A stretch of DNA of 63,823 nucleotides, filler included, from Octopus bimaculoides (GCF_001194135.2; 5 parts of 4 records of this genome joined end to end with filler, not necessarily neighbours in it), one strand, 5' to 3'; numbered from the whole stretch's first letter, positions 49,483 to 61,094 are shown. Notes: generated by a model from the sequence alone, not told the origin. Made by a program: numbers and translations.

Positions 49483-51194
49483 CTCAATCTGTCATCATCC
49501 TTTCAATACCATAAATCTCCCACTAACATCCCAAATCAATGGAGCCATGCTTAGTTAACAAAGAAACCGATGAATTAGTATATTTTTTCAGAATTTATTT
49601 ATTTAAATTTTCAACATGTTAAAGTAATTTCGAATATGCGTTTATTTTAACAGTTAAATTCCAATATTGAAATCCAATATTTCAGAAAAACTTTTACTGA
49701 ATGACAAAAATGACATAAAAATAAAATAAGGAAATACGAAAACCCATCAACACAAATATAATCCGATTATTATGGATATTTTAAGTCCTCAATATAGAAA
49801 GTTTCAAATTTCAAATTAAAAAACTTTAAGAATCTCAATACCGAAATTAAATACTTTATTTTAGATGCTTAAAAACTGTCGTGAATTGCAAATTTTCAAA
49901 TTCTCATTATTGGTAATATTTTCTTGAAGATATATGACGGATTTAAATACAAAATAACTGAATTTTAAGAGAAAGTTAATTTGATGTGGTGACTGTAATT
50001 CATTTCCATCATTATAGCCACGTTAGAAATGATTAGTACAGATTTTTATTTGTGCCAGACCAGCCTTCCTCAAGCCTATTCATGATCAAACATCAACCAC
50101 CCAGCATCACCAGGTCATGTTGTAGAATATCTTTAAAAAATATAGATTAGCAACAGATGCTGTATTAATACCTGGAGGTAATATTTAGCCGTACTGAAAT
50201 TTACCTGTTTTTGAAGATTAGATAATTTTTAAAAAGATATTTATCAGCGACAGAGACAATATTAATACCCAGGGATAATATTTATGCACTACTTAAATAA
50301 GGATTTTCTGCTAAAACAAATTATACTGCATTAGTTACCATGAGACATGTGCAAAATGCACTCTTGTTAATATCGCTAGCGAGGAGAAAAATCCCCACCA
50401 ACTCCAGTGCTGCGGCCACAAGATCACGTGATTTCGACATTCCTTGGTCTCATCGGTGGTGGACGCTTGACCGCTAGAGATAGTTGCGATTCATTTCCCC
50501 GCTAGTTATATATAGAAAAATAGGCGCTAGTGTCGCGATTAGCCAGTGAGCTTATTCTAAATTCTTATAATGTCACTAGCATGAATTGTTATTCTTTTTT
50601 TATCGATCGAAGACGGATGACATGTAAAAGATGATCAAGATGGGTTTAGAATTTAGAAATCATGATTTCCCATTCTAGTCAAATTTTCACACAAATAAAA
50701 AAATTAAAAAAATTAAATAAAACAAATATTTCTTCAATAGTGTTGTGAAACGTGCCTTACTTATATGTTAAGATGGTAGGCCGTGATTATCGATTGTAGG
50801 CATAGTTTTATACTATTTATACTATTTGTAACCGGTCGAGCGACGAGGTGAAAGAGCTTTAGTCGAATATATTTAACATTGAAAGTGCTTGTAATGGATA
50901 CATACCTCAGAATTTCGGCCAATTATCCTAGTCGCTATCGACTGAACAGACAAGATTGGTATAGTGTATATCAAGTGGTCCTGTTTTCAAACTATAGTTA
51001 TATATATTGAACCTGCATATGCTACAAAGGAGAGTGTAGTATATCTAATAATCAGTTAAAACTTCATTGGTTCGAATCCTATAATCGTTGATAGTTTAAT
51101 ACGTCGAGGCGATGTGATTGATCTCTGAAATGACCAAAATTAACACATTAGTATTTCCAATTTAGGCAGTAGGTCAGCAATTTGAAGACGAGTT

Positions 51195-51300
51195 AGTTGA
51201 TTAAGTACTAGAGTCGATTCGTTCGACTAAAATTCTTCAAGGCGGTGCCTTGGGATGGTCACTATCTAATGACTAAAATACGTAAAAGATAAAAGTAAAA
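51195..51300 (+). mobile_element. SINE family A, 3' part
   Basis: GTCGATTCGTTCGACTAAAATTCTTCAAGGCGGTGCC...AATGACTAAAATACGTAAAAGATAAAAG. Confidence 0.55.
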
Positions 51301-51383
51301 AAAAACTCGTGATCACGAAGGTTCTTTGCAAGAGTAGACGATTAGCAACAAGTAAGCACTTGACAAAAGCAATTAAAGTGCTA

Positions 51384-51454
<71 letters not shown>

Positions 51455-51460
<6 letters not shown>

Positions 51461-51850
51461 GCCTATTCCCCATTTCTTAAGGAGGGGTTAGCCACAACAG
51501 GATACACCAGACATTCCATTCATTTCCCAGCGTCCTTTTCTTGTCGTCTTTTTAGGAATACAGATTTATTAGGAGGAGTAGATTCCTAGTCCCCTCGCTC
51601 CTGCCCTTTTTAGTCGCCTCTTACGCCACGCAGGGAATACAGCGACTACTTTCTACCGATTCCCCTCGCCAGTCGCAGGTGGGGTTGCTCGTTAACCCAT
51701 AGCTGGGACCTTTATCAGTGCTACCACTCCAGGCCAGAGTAGACCTGGGAACAATAGTAGCTAAAAAGTGGTCCCATACGCCGCAAACACTGAAACCAGG
51801 GCCCCAGGGTCACACTACCGGAAGTAGTTTATAGTCATACTCTGTGATAC
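51455..51850. mobile_element. Unclassified GC-rich repeat composite
   Basis: Contains TTTAGTCGCCTCTTACG (a motif I associate with non-LTR UTRs) and GTGCTACCACTCCAGGCCAGAGTAGACCTGGGA; no ORF. Confidence 0.3.
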
Positions 51851-52907
51851 ATAAGATGTAAATACAGGGTTAAAAAGTGTTCAAGATTCATTGTTCCAAA
51901 AAACAATATGAATTATTTCACAATCTTGAAATTTTTAAAATTCTTACAACGTCACCAAAATGTTTTGTAATTCTTTTTTATCGATCGAAGAAGGATAAAA
52001 TGTAAAAGATGACCAAAAATGGTTCCTATTCCAGTCATATTTTCAAACCCTTTTGCAAAAAAAAGAAAATCACGAAACAAAAGTAATAGAAAAAAGAACA
52101 ATAAACAAAAACAAAACATAAATAACGTTACATCCAACTGAGATTCTTCGATTTAAAGCCAATGTTTTTGGTTCTGTCTGAAACATAAAACAAAAACAAC
52201 GCACGTTCTACAGAATGATTTCACTTAAAGAATCTGTACTTTAGATACAGGAAATGTATTTTGGAAACGTTGATGTATAATCTTAAAATTTTTGGGTTAT
52301 TTCTTTCCTCTTTTATTCGTTATTATTGATACATGCTGTTTTCTAAAGGCAAAAACTGTTTTCTCTCTGCATGTAATTGTTAGTCTGGCAATTTCCTTTT
52401 ACTATTTGTGTATGGATTTCTGTTTCTACTTTTAGTTTGAATGTCAAAGATTGTTTATTCCAACATGTATGCACTATTTCTGCTGTTACTGTGCATTGTT
52501 ACCGAGGAGATAACACGCAGTTATGCGAGATAGTGTGGTAGGCGTACAAATGAAGATCATCAGCTTTCTCTGAAAAGCTAAAATGTTTAAAAAACAAAAA
52601 AAAAAGACGGAATTGAGAAGTAAAAGAAATTCGAGAAAAATATTGCTTTATGTTTAAATAAAATTTCTCATATTTATTTAAATTTTATATTTTTTTTTAT
52701 TCAGCATTTTCACTAAAATTGAAACAAACAAACAAACAAACAAACAAACCAGAACGACGATATAAAATGGAAACGAAAAAACATAAATAACGAAAATATA
52801 TTAAAAGAACTCCAAAAATTTTACAAGAAAGAATACTTGACAGAACTATAAATTCTGAATTCACAAGCTCCAATCATAAGAAACATTTTAATACATATAG
52901 CAATTCA

Positions 52908-52953
<46 letters not shown>

Positions 52954-53113
52954 GACAGAATCATTATAATACGGGAAAAAGCTTTGAAGTATATCTTCCG
53001 GTACTTCACGAGAGCCACCGTTCAGTTTCTATCTGCTGATTTTACTTACAAATGGTCATAACTGACCATAGTTTCTCATCCTCCTTCAGTCTCATGATAT
53101 ACATACATACATA

Positions 53114-53198
<85 letters not shown>

Positions 53199-53204
53199 GT
53201 ATAT

Positions 53205-53304
53205 NNNNNNNNNNNNNNNNNNNNNNNNNNNNNNNNNNNNNNNNNNNNTTAATTAATTAANNNNNNNNNNNNNNNNNNNNNNNNNNNNNNNNNNNNNNNN
53301 NNNN
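53205..53304. other. Artificial scaffold linker
   Basis: 44N + TTAATTAATTAA (53249-53260) + 44N. Confidence 0.95.
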
Positions 53305-53330
53305 TATGTATGTATGTATATATACATATA

Positions 53331-53547
53331 CAGTATCTCACAGAAGTATGTACACCCCTAAAAAAGTTTTAGTAAAATTGCCATTACTCTGATAATATCG
53401 AAGGAAATCAAACGAAATTTATATTGAATAAAGTATATTATGCATACAAACATTATACAAAATTGGAACACAAAACAATAAACATTTTCCATGATACGAA
53501 CGAAATATTAATTTTCAAACGTTACCAAAATATGTACACCCTAAAGG
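53331..53547 (+). repeat. Left TIR with internal direct repeats
   Basis: TATGTACACCC at 53347-53357 and 53531-53541. Confidence 0.9.
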
Positions 53548-53724
53548 AAATTTGTTATATTCAATATTTTATCCACCTTTCTTTTTTACGAAATTTAGAT
53601 ATTGCTGATAATATCAATTCTAATAAATTATTTCTCCTGGCATTTTTGCACCGGTCATTGTTATTGCATCTGCGGGAATTCTGATTTGCGTACCGTGGTG
53701 AAAATCGTCTTCATTGTGAGTAAA

Positions 53725-54716
53725 ATGGTACCAAAAATTTGGAAAAGATTATTTTTAATTTGCACAAGAATGGTTTAAGATACAAGTTAATTAGTAAACG
53801 AATACATTTTAGCGTAAACACTGTTGCCAAATTAGTTCAGAAGTACAAAGCTACTGGATGGCTAAGCAATAAACATTGTCCAGGTCATCCTGGACGTGAT
53901 ATTTGCCAGATCCAACGTTCCTTGATGGACGAGAGGAGTCGTACCACTTCATCTTTGGCCCAACAAGTGTCTTCTGTTACTGGAAAGAGTGTATCCTCTC
54001 AAACAGTTCAGCGAAGTTTGAATCAGTGTGGTCTTTATGGACGGATTCCTCGTAGGAAACTTCTCCTCACGACCAGGAATATATCAAACCGTCTTTCTTT
54101 TGCCGAAACCTATGTGAGTAAGGGGAAGGAGTTTTGGAAGAAAATTCTTTTTTCTGACGTGACTAAAATCAACTTGTTTGGGTCAGATGGTATTAAGCGA
54201 GTATCGCGACGACCAGGTGAAGGTAATAGCGACAAATGCAACGTGCCTACCGTGAAGCAGGGCGGTAGAAGTGTTATGCTTTGGGAATGCATGAGTGCAG
54301 CTAATGTGGGAGGACTCACATTTATTGAGAGAACAATGGATTCAAGGCTATATTGTGACATATTGCAGAAAACAATGTTGAAAAGCATCAAGGAACTAAG
54401 AACACATTCCATGTTCCAACATGTTAATGACCCTAACCTCACTTCAAAGATGACGACTAAGTTTTTATCAGATAAAAAGGTAAGGGTATTGCCTTGACCT
54501 ACCATGTCACCTGATTTTATCCCAATAGAATATTTGTGGGGTGTTTTGAAAAAGAAGGTTGAGGAGAAAAAATCCCGCAATGTAACACAGTTGAAAGACA
54601 TCATTCAGAATGAATGGAGGTCGATTTCATCGGCTATATGCGGAAATTTAGTCGACTCTATGCCCACAAGTCTTAATGCAGTCATTGAAAGCAAGGGCGG
54701 TTGCACTAAGTATTGA
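53725..54716 (+). pseudogene. Tc1 transposase (DD34E) pseudogene
   Basis: HTH region, GRIPRRK, WKKILFSD, TVKQGG, FQH(V)NDP and SPDFIPIEYLW motifs. There is a frameshift just after ATG 53725 and a TGA at 54495-54497 replacing the conserved Trp. The second catalytic Asp is now Val (GTT 54423-54425), with 34 residues to the Glu. Confidence 0.93.
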
Positions 54717-54730
54717 ATATAGCAAATAAT

Positions 54731-54910
54731 CCTTTAGGGTGTACATATTTTTGTATTGTTTGAAAATTAATATTTCATTCATTCATATTTTGGAAAATGT
54801 TTTTTGTTTTGTGTTCCAAATTTGTATAATGTTTGCATGTATTTTATATATTTTATTCAGTATAAATTTCATTTTACTTCCTTCGATATTATCAGAGAAA
54901 TGGCAATTTC
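54731..54910 (-). repeat. Right TIR (inner DR kept, outer DR lost)
   Basis: CCTTTAGGGTGTACATATTT...CCTTCGATATTATCAGAGAAATGGCAATTTC, then CACACA. Confidence 0.9.
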
Positions 54911-56619
54911 CACACACACACACGGAATATATACCAAATATATATTGATATATATGCATGTATGTATGTGTGTATATATATGTATATGTATATATGTGTA
55001 TATTTANNNNNNNNNNNNNNNNNNNNNNNNNNNNNNNNNNNNNNNNNNNNNNNNNNNNNNNNNNNNNNNNNNNNNNNNNNNNNNNNNNNNNNNNNNNNNN
55101 NNNNNNNNNNNNNNNNNNNNNNNNNNNNNNNNNNNNNNNNNNNNNNNNNNNNNNNNNNNNNNNNNNNNNNNNNNNNNNNNNNNNNNNNNNNNNNNNNNNN
55201 NNNNNNNNNNNNNNNNNNNNNNNNNNNNNNNNNNNNNNNNNNNNNNNNNNNNNNNNNNNNNNNNNNNNNNNNNNNNNNNNNNNNNNNNNNNNNNNNNNNN
55301 NNNNNNNNNNNNNNNNNNNNNNNNNNNNNNNNNNNNNNNNNNNNNNNNNNNNNNNNNNNNNNNNNNNNNNNNNNNNNNNNNNNNNNNNNNNNNNNNNNNN
55401 NNNNNNNNNNNNNNNNNNNNNNNNNNNNNNNNNNNNNNNNNNNNNNNNNNNNNNNNNNNNNNNNNNNNNNNNNNNNNNNNNNNNNNNNNNNNNNNNNNNN
55501 NNNNNNNNNNNNNNNNNNNNNNNNNNNNNNNNNNNNNNNNNNNNNNNNNNNNNNNNNNNNNNNNNNNNNNNNNNNNNNNNNNNNNNNNNNNNNNNNNNNN
55601 NNNNNNNNNNNNNNNNNNNAGTAAGAAAAGTTTTATTCTTTTTTTTTGTATTCGGTCAGTGTTATTTTCTATTTTCTTCTATCTAAAAATCAAAGGAAAT
55701 GACAACTCTTCCCTTCAAATTTTGCTTTTGTTTTCAATCTGATCGATTTTTTCCTTACATTTCAGACAGATTCAGCGCTGAATTTCTGAAGCAGAAATAT
55801 TGTTATAGCGAATATTTCGCTCAGTACTACAGATCTGGTTGTCCGTTGCTTGACCTTAACCAGTTGAGCATGTTTGTCCTTAGTGGCTGACGATATGTGC
55901 ATATCTGATCATTAACAGGAGTAGTGGGGGAATCTTTGAGATTTGAATAAATGTATCCAAAACTATGCTTGAAGGAAATATTAGCCATTTTTTATACTTT
56001 CTAGGGGGTAAGCAAATAAGAAATAGCAGTCGCTACCCAAAGACCAAAATCGTGTTACATAGTGTCATTTAACTGTTCGTTGTCAATACACATTGTTTGC
56101 TTAAATATTTGCTAATAAGTACTTGCTGTTGTTGTTAGCCCAGATATAACCTGATCGAGCTGACATACGATCAAAGGTGTTTTGGCCTTTATAGGAAATT
56201 GAACGTGAATTCATTATCGTAATTATACGTGGAAGCGTTATCCTAATTAATTAATTACTTCATAGCTTTCAATTCAATTCCGTCGCGCAATCTTTCCAGA
56301 GTGGTGTGGCTCGATTCCATTTACTCAACACCGAGAAATCTTCCGTGGATTGCGGCTAAAGTACTACAAATTCACCTTAACTGTCATCTTGAAGTTGATG
56401 AAATATATTCCTATAAATCATGTAATTTTCTTTCTCATTTGAAAATTGAATTTATTATTCTCAAAAGTACACATTTTCAGAGTTATTTGCCTGTTTGAAC
56501 AGATTGCTAACTTATGCGATGGCTATTTCGAAATGTTCAAAGACGTCACGTGGAATGTTTTATTGTAGTAAAATTCTTCGACAATTTCAATTCAATTGAT
56601 TTCAATATAGCTGTCAGCG

Positions 56620-56785
56620 CGGTATTTCGTCTATCTTTACGTTCTGAGTTCAAATTCCACCTAGGTCGACTTTGTCTTTCATCCTTTCGGGGGCGATAAA
56701 TTAAATACCAGTTGCGTACTGGGGTCGATCTAACGCACTGGCCCCCTCCCCCAAAATGTTGGGCCTTGTGTCTAGAGTAGAAAAG
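56620..56785 (+). mobile_element. 5'-truncated SINE family B with perfect 16-bp TSD
   Basis: AATATAGCTGTCAGCG at 56604-56619 and 56786-56801. Confidence 0.92.
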
Positions 56786-57749
56786 AATATAGCTGTCAGC
56801 GGTCGTGACAAAGGCCACTTGAAATATTGTAACTGTTAAACCTGAATGACCTAACATTTAATTTCGGAACGTATGAGAATTCCTTTTATTGAAGACTTCT
56901 TGTCTACAAATACGCCAACAGCAACTCGGAGTAACCAATTTATGATTCATTTCCTTCAGCAGCAAATTGTTAAATGTTTCGTTTAAAGTGAAATCAGGCA
57001 AACGGAATGTTGTTAAATCTCCAAACTCTTAAATTTATACGTTTATACACATACATTTATGTGTTCTTTTTTTAAAATAAAAATAAGACGGCTGAATGGA
57101 TTCTTTAATACAACTTAACAGTCCAACACGAGTTAACAAAGGAGCTGTTACCTGGTCGCTTAATCTTTCTTTAAGAAATAGTAACTAAGTCTTCGAACGG
57201 GATGTTACTGTCTTAAAAAAGTGAAAAGATGAGATTATGTAATCAGGGGTAAATTATGTTTAAATTTAAGAAAGCTGTGGTCATATCTCGAATGTTTTTT
57301 ATCATATGTCTGCTCGACCAGAGTCAACAAAGCAACATCATCACAGGCATGGTTTAATACTTAGTAACTATGAATATGAAGAATCTACAGGCACAAAGAA
57401 CTCAAAACTCAAGAGCAAAATAAATCAATATATCAATCAATCAATAAATACATTAAACACTCATCAAGTCTACAATGCTTCATCTGACTGCATCGGTGAA
57501 TTTCACGACAAATATTTTTACCTGGATGGACGGCATTCGCAACTGCTATATTGTCAATTGAGTTGAAAGTAGTATATTACCTGTACTTGATGTCATCGAT
57601 TCTGCATAGTCAAAGATGAAAGCAATACTTGAATTCGCGCGCAGAGTGACAAAACTATACTGTACGCACTCGTGCAGTTGCACGTGGGACAAATTCGATT
57701 ATTGATCGAGTCAATCGTAAAGATCACCCCCAACATCAACTTTCAACAA

Positions 57750-58090
57750 TGCAGGGTAGGCGGTGTTCCTCTGTCTAGTGGTTATAGCGAAAGAGGTTAA
57801 TGGTTGGATGAGGCTGATAGGATTGGCGAAAGACAATTTCTTCTTTGGTCAAGCCCGCAGCCACTTTTTATTTAAAGTTCGGTTCCATTTAGAACGGAAA
57901 GTGAGGGTGGAGAATGTAGTGCTCTCTGCCAGTGAATTTGACAAAAGGTTAGGGGGTGTGGAAAAGAGGTAAAGGGGAATGGACCTACTCTAAGCATGCG
58001 TCAGTAGATTGTGGAGAACAGTTGGGCAAGGGCTTGTATACTTGATGATCAGGATGACCTTGGATCTGTAACGTTCTGTTAGTGGCTATA
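57750..58090 (-). mobile_element. Possible decayed Penelope ORF fragment (RT to GIY-YIG linker)
   Basis: Minus translation SKVILIIKYTSPCP...LFSTPPNLLSNSLAEST loosely resembles the PLE linker; there are stops and frameshifts. Confidence 0.28.
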
Positions 58091-58418
58091 GTTGGAATTT
58101 CTCCAATATCAAAAGAACTGCAGCAAAAATGTATTCACATATTTTGTATACTTTGAATCCTTTTGTTCCATTTTCTATTACACTTCTTTCATCATCATTA
58201 CTTATTTATCCACTATTATTATACAAAGCCTGTTACATGCTAATTTAATAAGTAAAGTTAATCCTGAGATGTGGTGACAGTAAATCTCTACAAATTTCGG
58301 AAACTTCCTTAGGATTCTTCCACACTATAGAATGGATTTTCCTCAAGTCGACAATGCATGTCTAAATTCAACTAAGCTTCAACCTCTTGGGTGTTGTTGT
58401 TGCTGTTATAATAATAAT

Positions 58419-58450
<32 letters not shown>

Positions 58451-58470
58451 AAACAACAACAATAATAATG

Positions 58471-58524
<54 letters not shown>

Positions 58525-58564
58525 TTGTTGTTGTTGTTGTTGGTTGTGGTGGTGGTGTTATTGC

Positions 58565-58745
58565 TAAGGTGGCGAGCTAGCAGAATCGTTAGCACGCTGG
58601 GCAAAATACTTCGTCTGTCTTTATGTTCTGAGTCCAAATTCCGCCGAGGGCGACTTTGCCTTTCATCCTTTCGGGGTCGATTAAATAAGTACCAGTTACA
58701 CAATGGAACGGTGTAATCAACTTAATCCCTTTGGCTGTCCTTGTT
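58565..58745 (+). mobile_element. SINE family B
   Basis: AAGGTGGCGAGCTAGCAGAATCGTTAGCACGC...GACTTTGCCTTTCATCCTTTCGGGGTCGATTAAATAAGTACCAG. Confidence 0.85.
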
Positions 58746-58764
58746 TGTCCCCTCTGTGTCTCTC

Positions 58765-58833
<69 letters not shown>

Positions 58834-58834
<1 letters not shown>

Positions 58835-59745
58835 TCTCTTTATCACAGGTTTTGTTGGAGCTCCTGGAGTCTTACATGCGTAGAGGGATTGCTACCTAAA
58901 GTCTGCGGTACCATGCTATCCATTCTTTTCAGCTATCTAATACTTCCTGATTATTCTGGTCGTGCCAAGAAGGCAAGACTTTTGTAGCAATTCTACTGGG
59001 CACTCTATTACAATTCCTTTTATATCCTCCTTGATGCCTTCTGATACTGTTCCCAAGGACCCAACAATAATTGTCACTATCTTCACCTCCATTTTCCATA
59101 GCGTGGCTATTTCGTATTTAACAGGGCTGTATTTATCTATCTTTTTGCCTTCCTTCTTGATTAATTGTGGGTCAAAGGGGTATGCGTCTGTTTAGTTTTC
59201 TTTTAGAATTGTTTGTGGTCAAGCATTGGTCTTGTGCAGCGAGAATCAGTCCTTCCGTTTCTGCTTTAAGTCCGGAGCTCTTGAGCCATTGTTGACTTTT
59301 ACTTAGGCTCACTTCTCTGTCAAGCCTTGCAGGGCGTTGGCCATGGATTTTCCTTTCAATATCTTCTTTAGTATTCGTTGTAGTTCTGTTTCCATGTTTT
59401 TGTCTCTTTCACCGTTTCTGCTGTGTTATCTTCTGAGACAAGTAGTTCACTGTAGTTTGTTTCTGTTTTATATTTTCTTGTCTCCTCGAGTACAGAGAAA
59501 GGTGTTATCTTTGCTTCGTGCTGCTTTATTACATGTAGTTGTCATCCACTTTTTGTTTCTAAGTATTTTTGTAGTCCAACTGTTGCTATTATATAGTAGT
59601 TCTATTTGTGTCAGGCCGCGAGCTCTTCTGAGCAGTGTAGATATATTCTGTCTGTCTGTTTTGGAGTGGTGACTTGTTCTGCAAGGTTTGCCAGAAAAGT
59701 ATGGTATAGGGCAGATTTTGGCGAATTGTGTCTCATTTTTCATCA
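58834..59745 (-). mobile_element. R4-clade (Dong/Rex6-like, RLE-type) non-LTR retrotransposon 3' remnant
   Basis: Minus frames read RGLTQIELLY; HGQ...QWLKSSGLKAETEGLILAAQDQCL (LKAE..QDQ at 59226-59270); and PFDPQLIKKEGKKIDKY...LWKMEVKIVTIIVGSLG...LLQKSCLLGTTRIIRK. The 3' UTR ends in (TAA)n at 58765-58833. Confidence 0.85.
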
Positions 59746-59833
59746 TCTTCTTCTTCTTCTTCTTCTTCTTCTTCTTCTTCTTCTTCTTCTTCTTCTTCTT
59801 CTTCTTCTTCTTCTTCTTCTTCTTCTTCTTCTT
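59745..59833. repeat. (TTC)n microsatellite at scaffold end
   Basis: Direct reading. Confidence 0.95.
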
Positions 59834-59933
59834 NNNNNNNNNNNNNNNNNNNNNNNNNNNNNNNNNNNNNNNNNNNNTTAATTAATTAANNNNNNNNNNN
59901 NNNNNNNNNNNNNNNNNNNNNNNNNNNNNNNNN
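59834..59933. other. Artificial scaffold linker
   Basis: 44N + TTAATTAATTAA (59878-59889) + 44N. Confidence 0.95.
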
Positions 59934-59971
59934 CCATCTTCGTTGAGCCCTGTGTGGCTAATAAAAGAAAT
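59934..59971 (+). mobile_element. Second copy of the Tx1-like 3' terminus, followed by (TATC)n
   Basis: GTTGAGCCCTGTGTGGCTAATAAAAGAAA, matching 43690-43718. Confidence 0.5.
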
Positions 59972-59972
59972 G

Positions 59973-60023
<51 letters not shown>

Positions 60024-61094
60024 ACATTAAGTCATATGATGATTTATTGCTATGAAGAAAACAAACAGCATTGAACTTCTTCGTCGAGAACTATGCATCA
60101 TTAAACTAACTTGATGTTATACTCCATACTACAATTACAACGTGATGTGTTCGTGAAACAGAAATCACCCAAAACAAGCACAAACATGTAGTGTGTCTTA
60201 TCATAAGGCTTTTGTGTTAATAAAAAAAAATATTTACATATTGTAGTGGATCTTGCAGGCATCAAGTGAATTCGATCCACCATAGCCAAATTTAAGTTAA
60301 CACTTCAACAGAACTTTTCCCACGGTGGAACAATGGGGTCTTTTTTCTGTGACAGCAGTTTTACATTTTCCAGATTGCCTGAGCGAGGCCGAAATAATGT
60401 CTTCACCACTTGACCCTTCTAACCTCTTATAGACCACCAAAAGATAGAATAGAGGTAACAAGTACCACCAACGAAATCTATTGTTCTCAACGATATGTCT
60501 ATCCTTCTGAATAGTTATAAAAAAAAACCCCAAGCAAAAATCAGTTAGTCACTTGGTGACAACTCAGTGACAACTCGTGAGTTGAGAGAGAGCTAACATC
60601 AGTTAGTGGACCGACCACTAGAATTATGGCCACAAACAGGCAGACAAGCGGCCAGAGGGAAAAAGAAAGAAAGTTTATAGTCAGTGACTATGCGAGCCAA
60701 CGTCCCACACTCTCTCACTTTCATTAACTCACTTTCTCTTCTCTGCACATTACCATATCTCTCTCTATCGTTTACTACTACAATAAGAACATACAAGCTG
60801 AAATTAACTTTTTTACTTTGCATGCTCTAGGATTTTTTTCACCTGCCCGTCGAGGCAAGGTATATACGATGTAACGGTAAAAATAGATATTTCCTTAAAA
60901 CTTCATGCATTGTTCATCTTTCACATCTTACAACATGCCGTTGCAATAAATTTCAACCCTAACAATATCACCTCTGTTCCAAGATGTTTATAAATAACCA
61001 GCAGTAAAAATATGATTTATAAGTGAAAGGGTTTGTTTATAGAAACCTAAATGTATTTTTGCTCGTCCATGTCTAATAAAAACTTCCAGATTTT

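Larger units (their letters stand above)
53331..54910 (+). mobile_element. Tc1-family DNA transposon, IR/DR type, right end truncated
   Basis: Left end TA|CAGTATCTCACAGAAGTATGTACACCCC; left TIR 53331-53547; right TIR 54731-54910 is its reverse complement minus the outer ~45 bp; transposase lies between. Confidence 0.95.

Noticed and set aside
54110-54604. 164-aa minus-strand ORF
   Set aside because: Antisense shadow of the Tc1 transposase.
31434-59889. Repeated TTAATTAATTAA as a biological site (piggyBac target, homeodomain site)
   Set aside because: It is always centred in exactly 44+44 Ns, so it is an assembly spacer.
60240-60533. 78-aa minus ORF and neighbouring frames
   Set aside because: No transposon or host-protein motif found.
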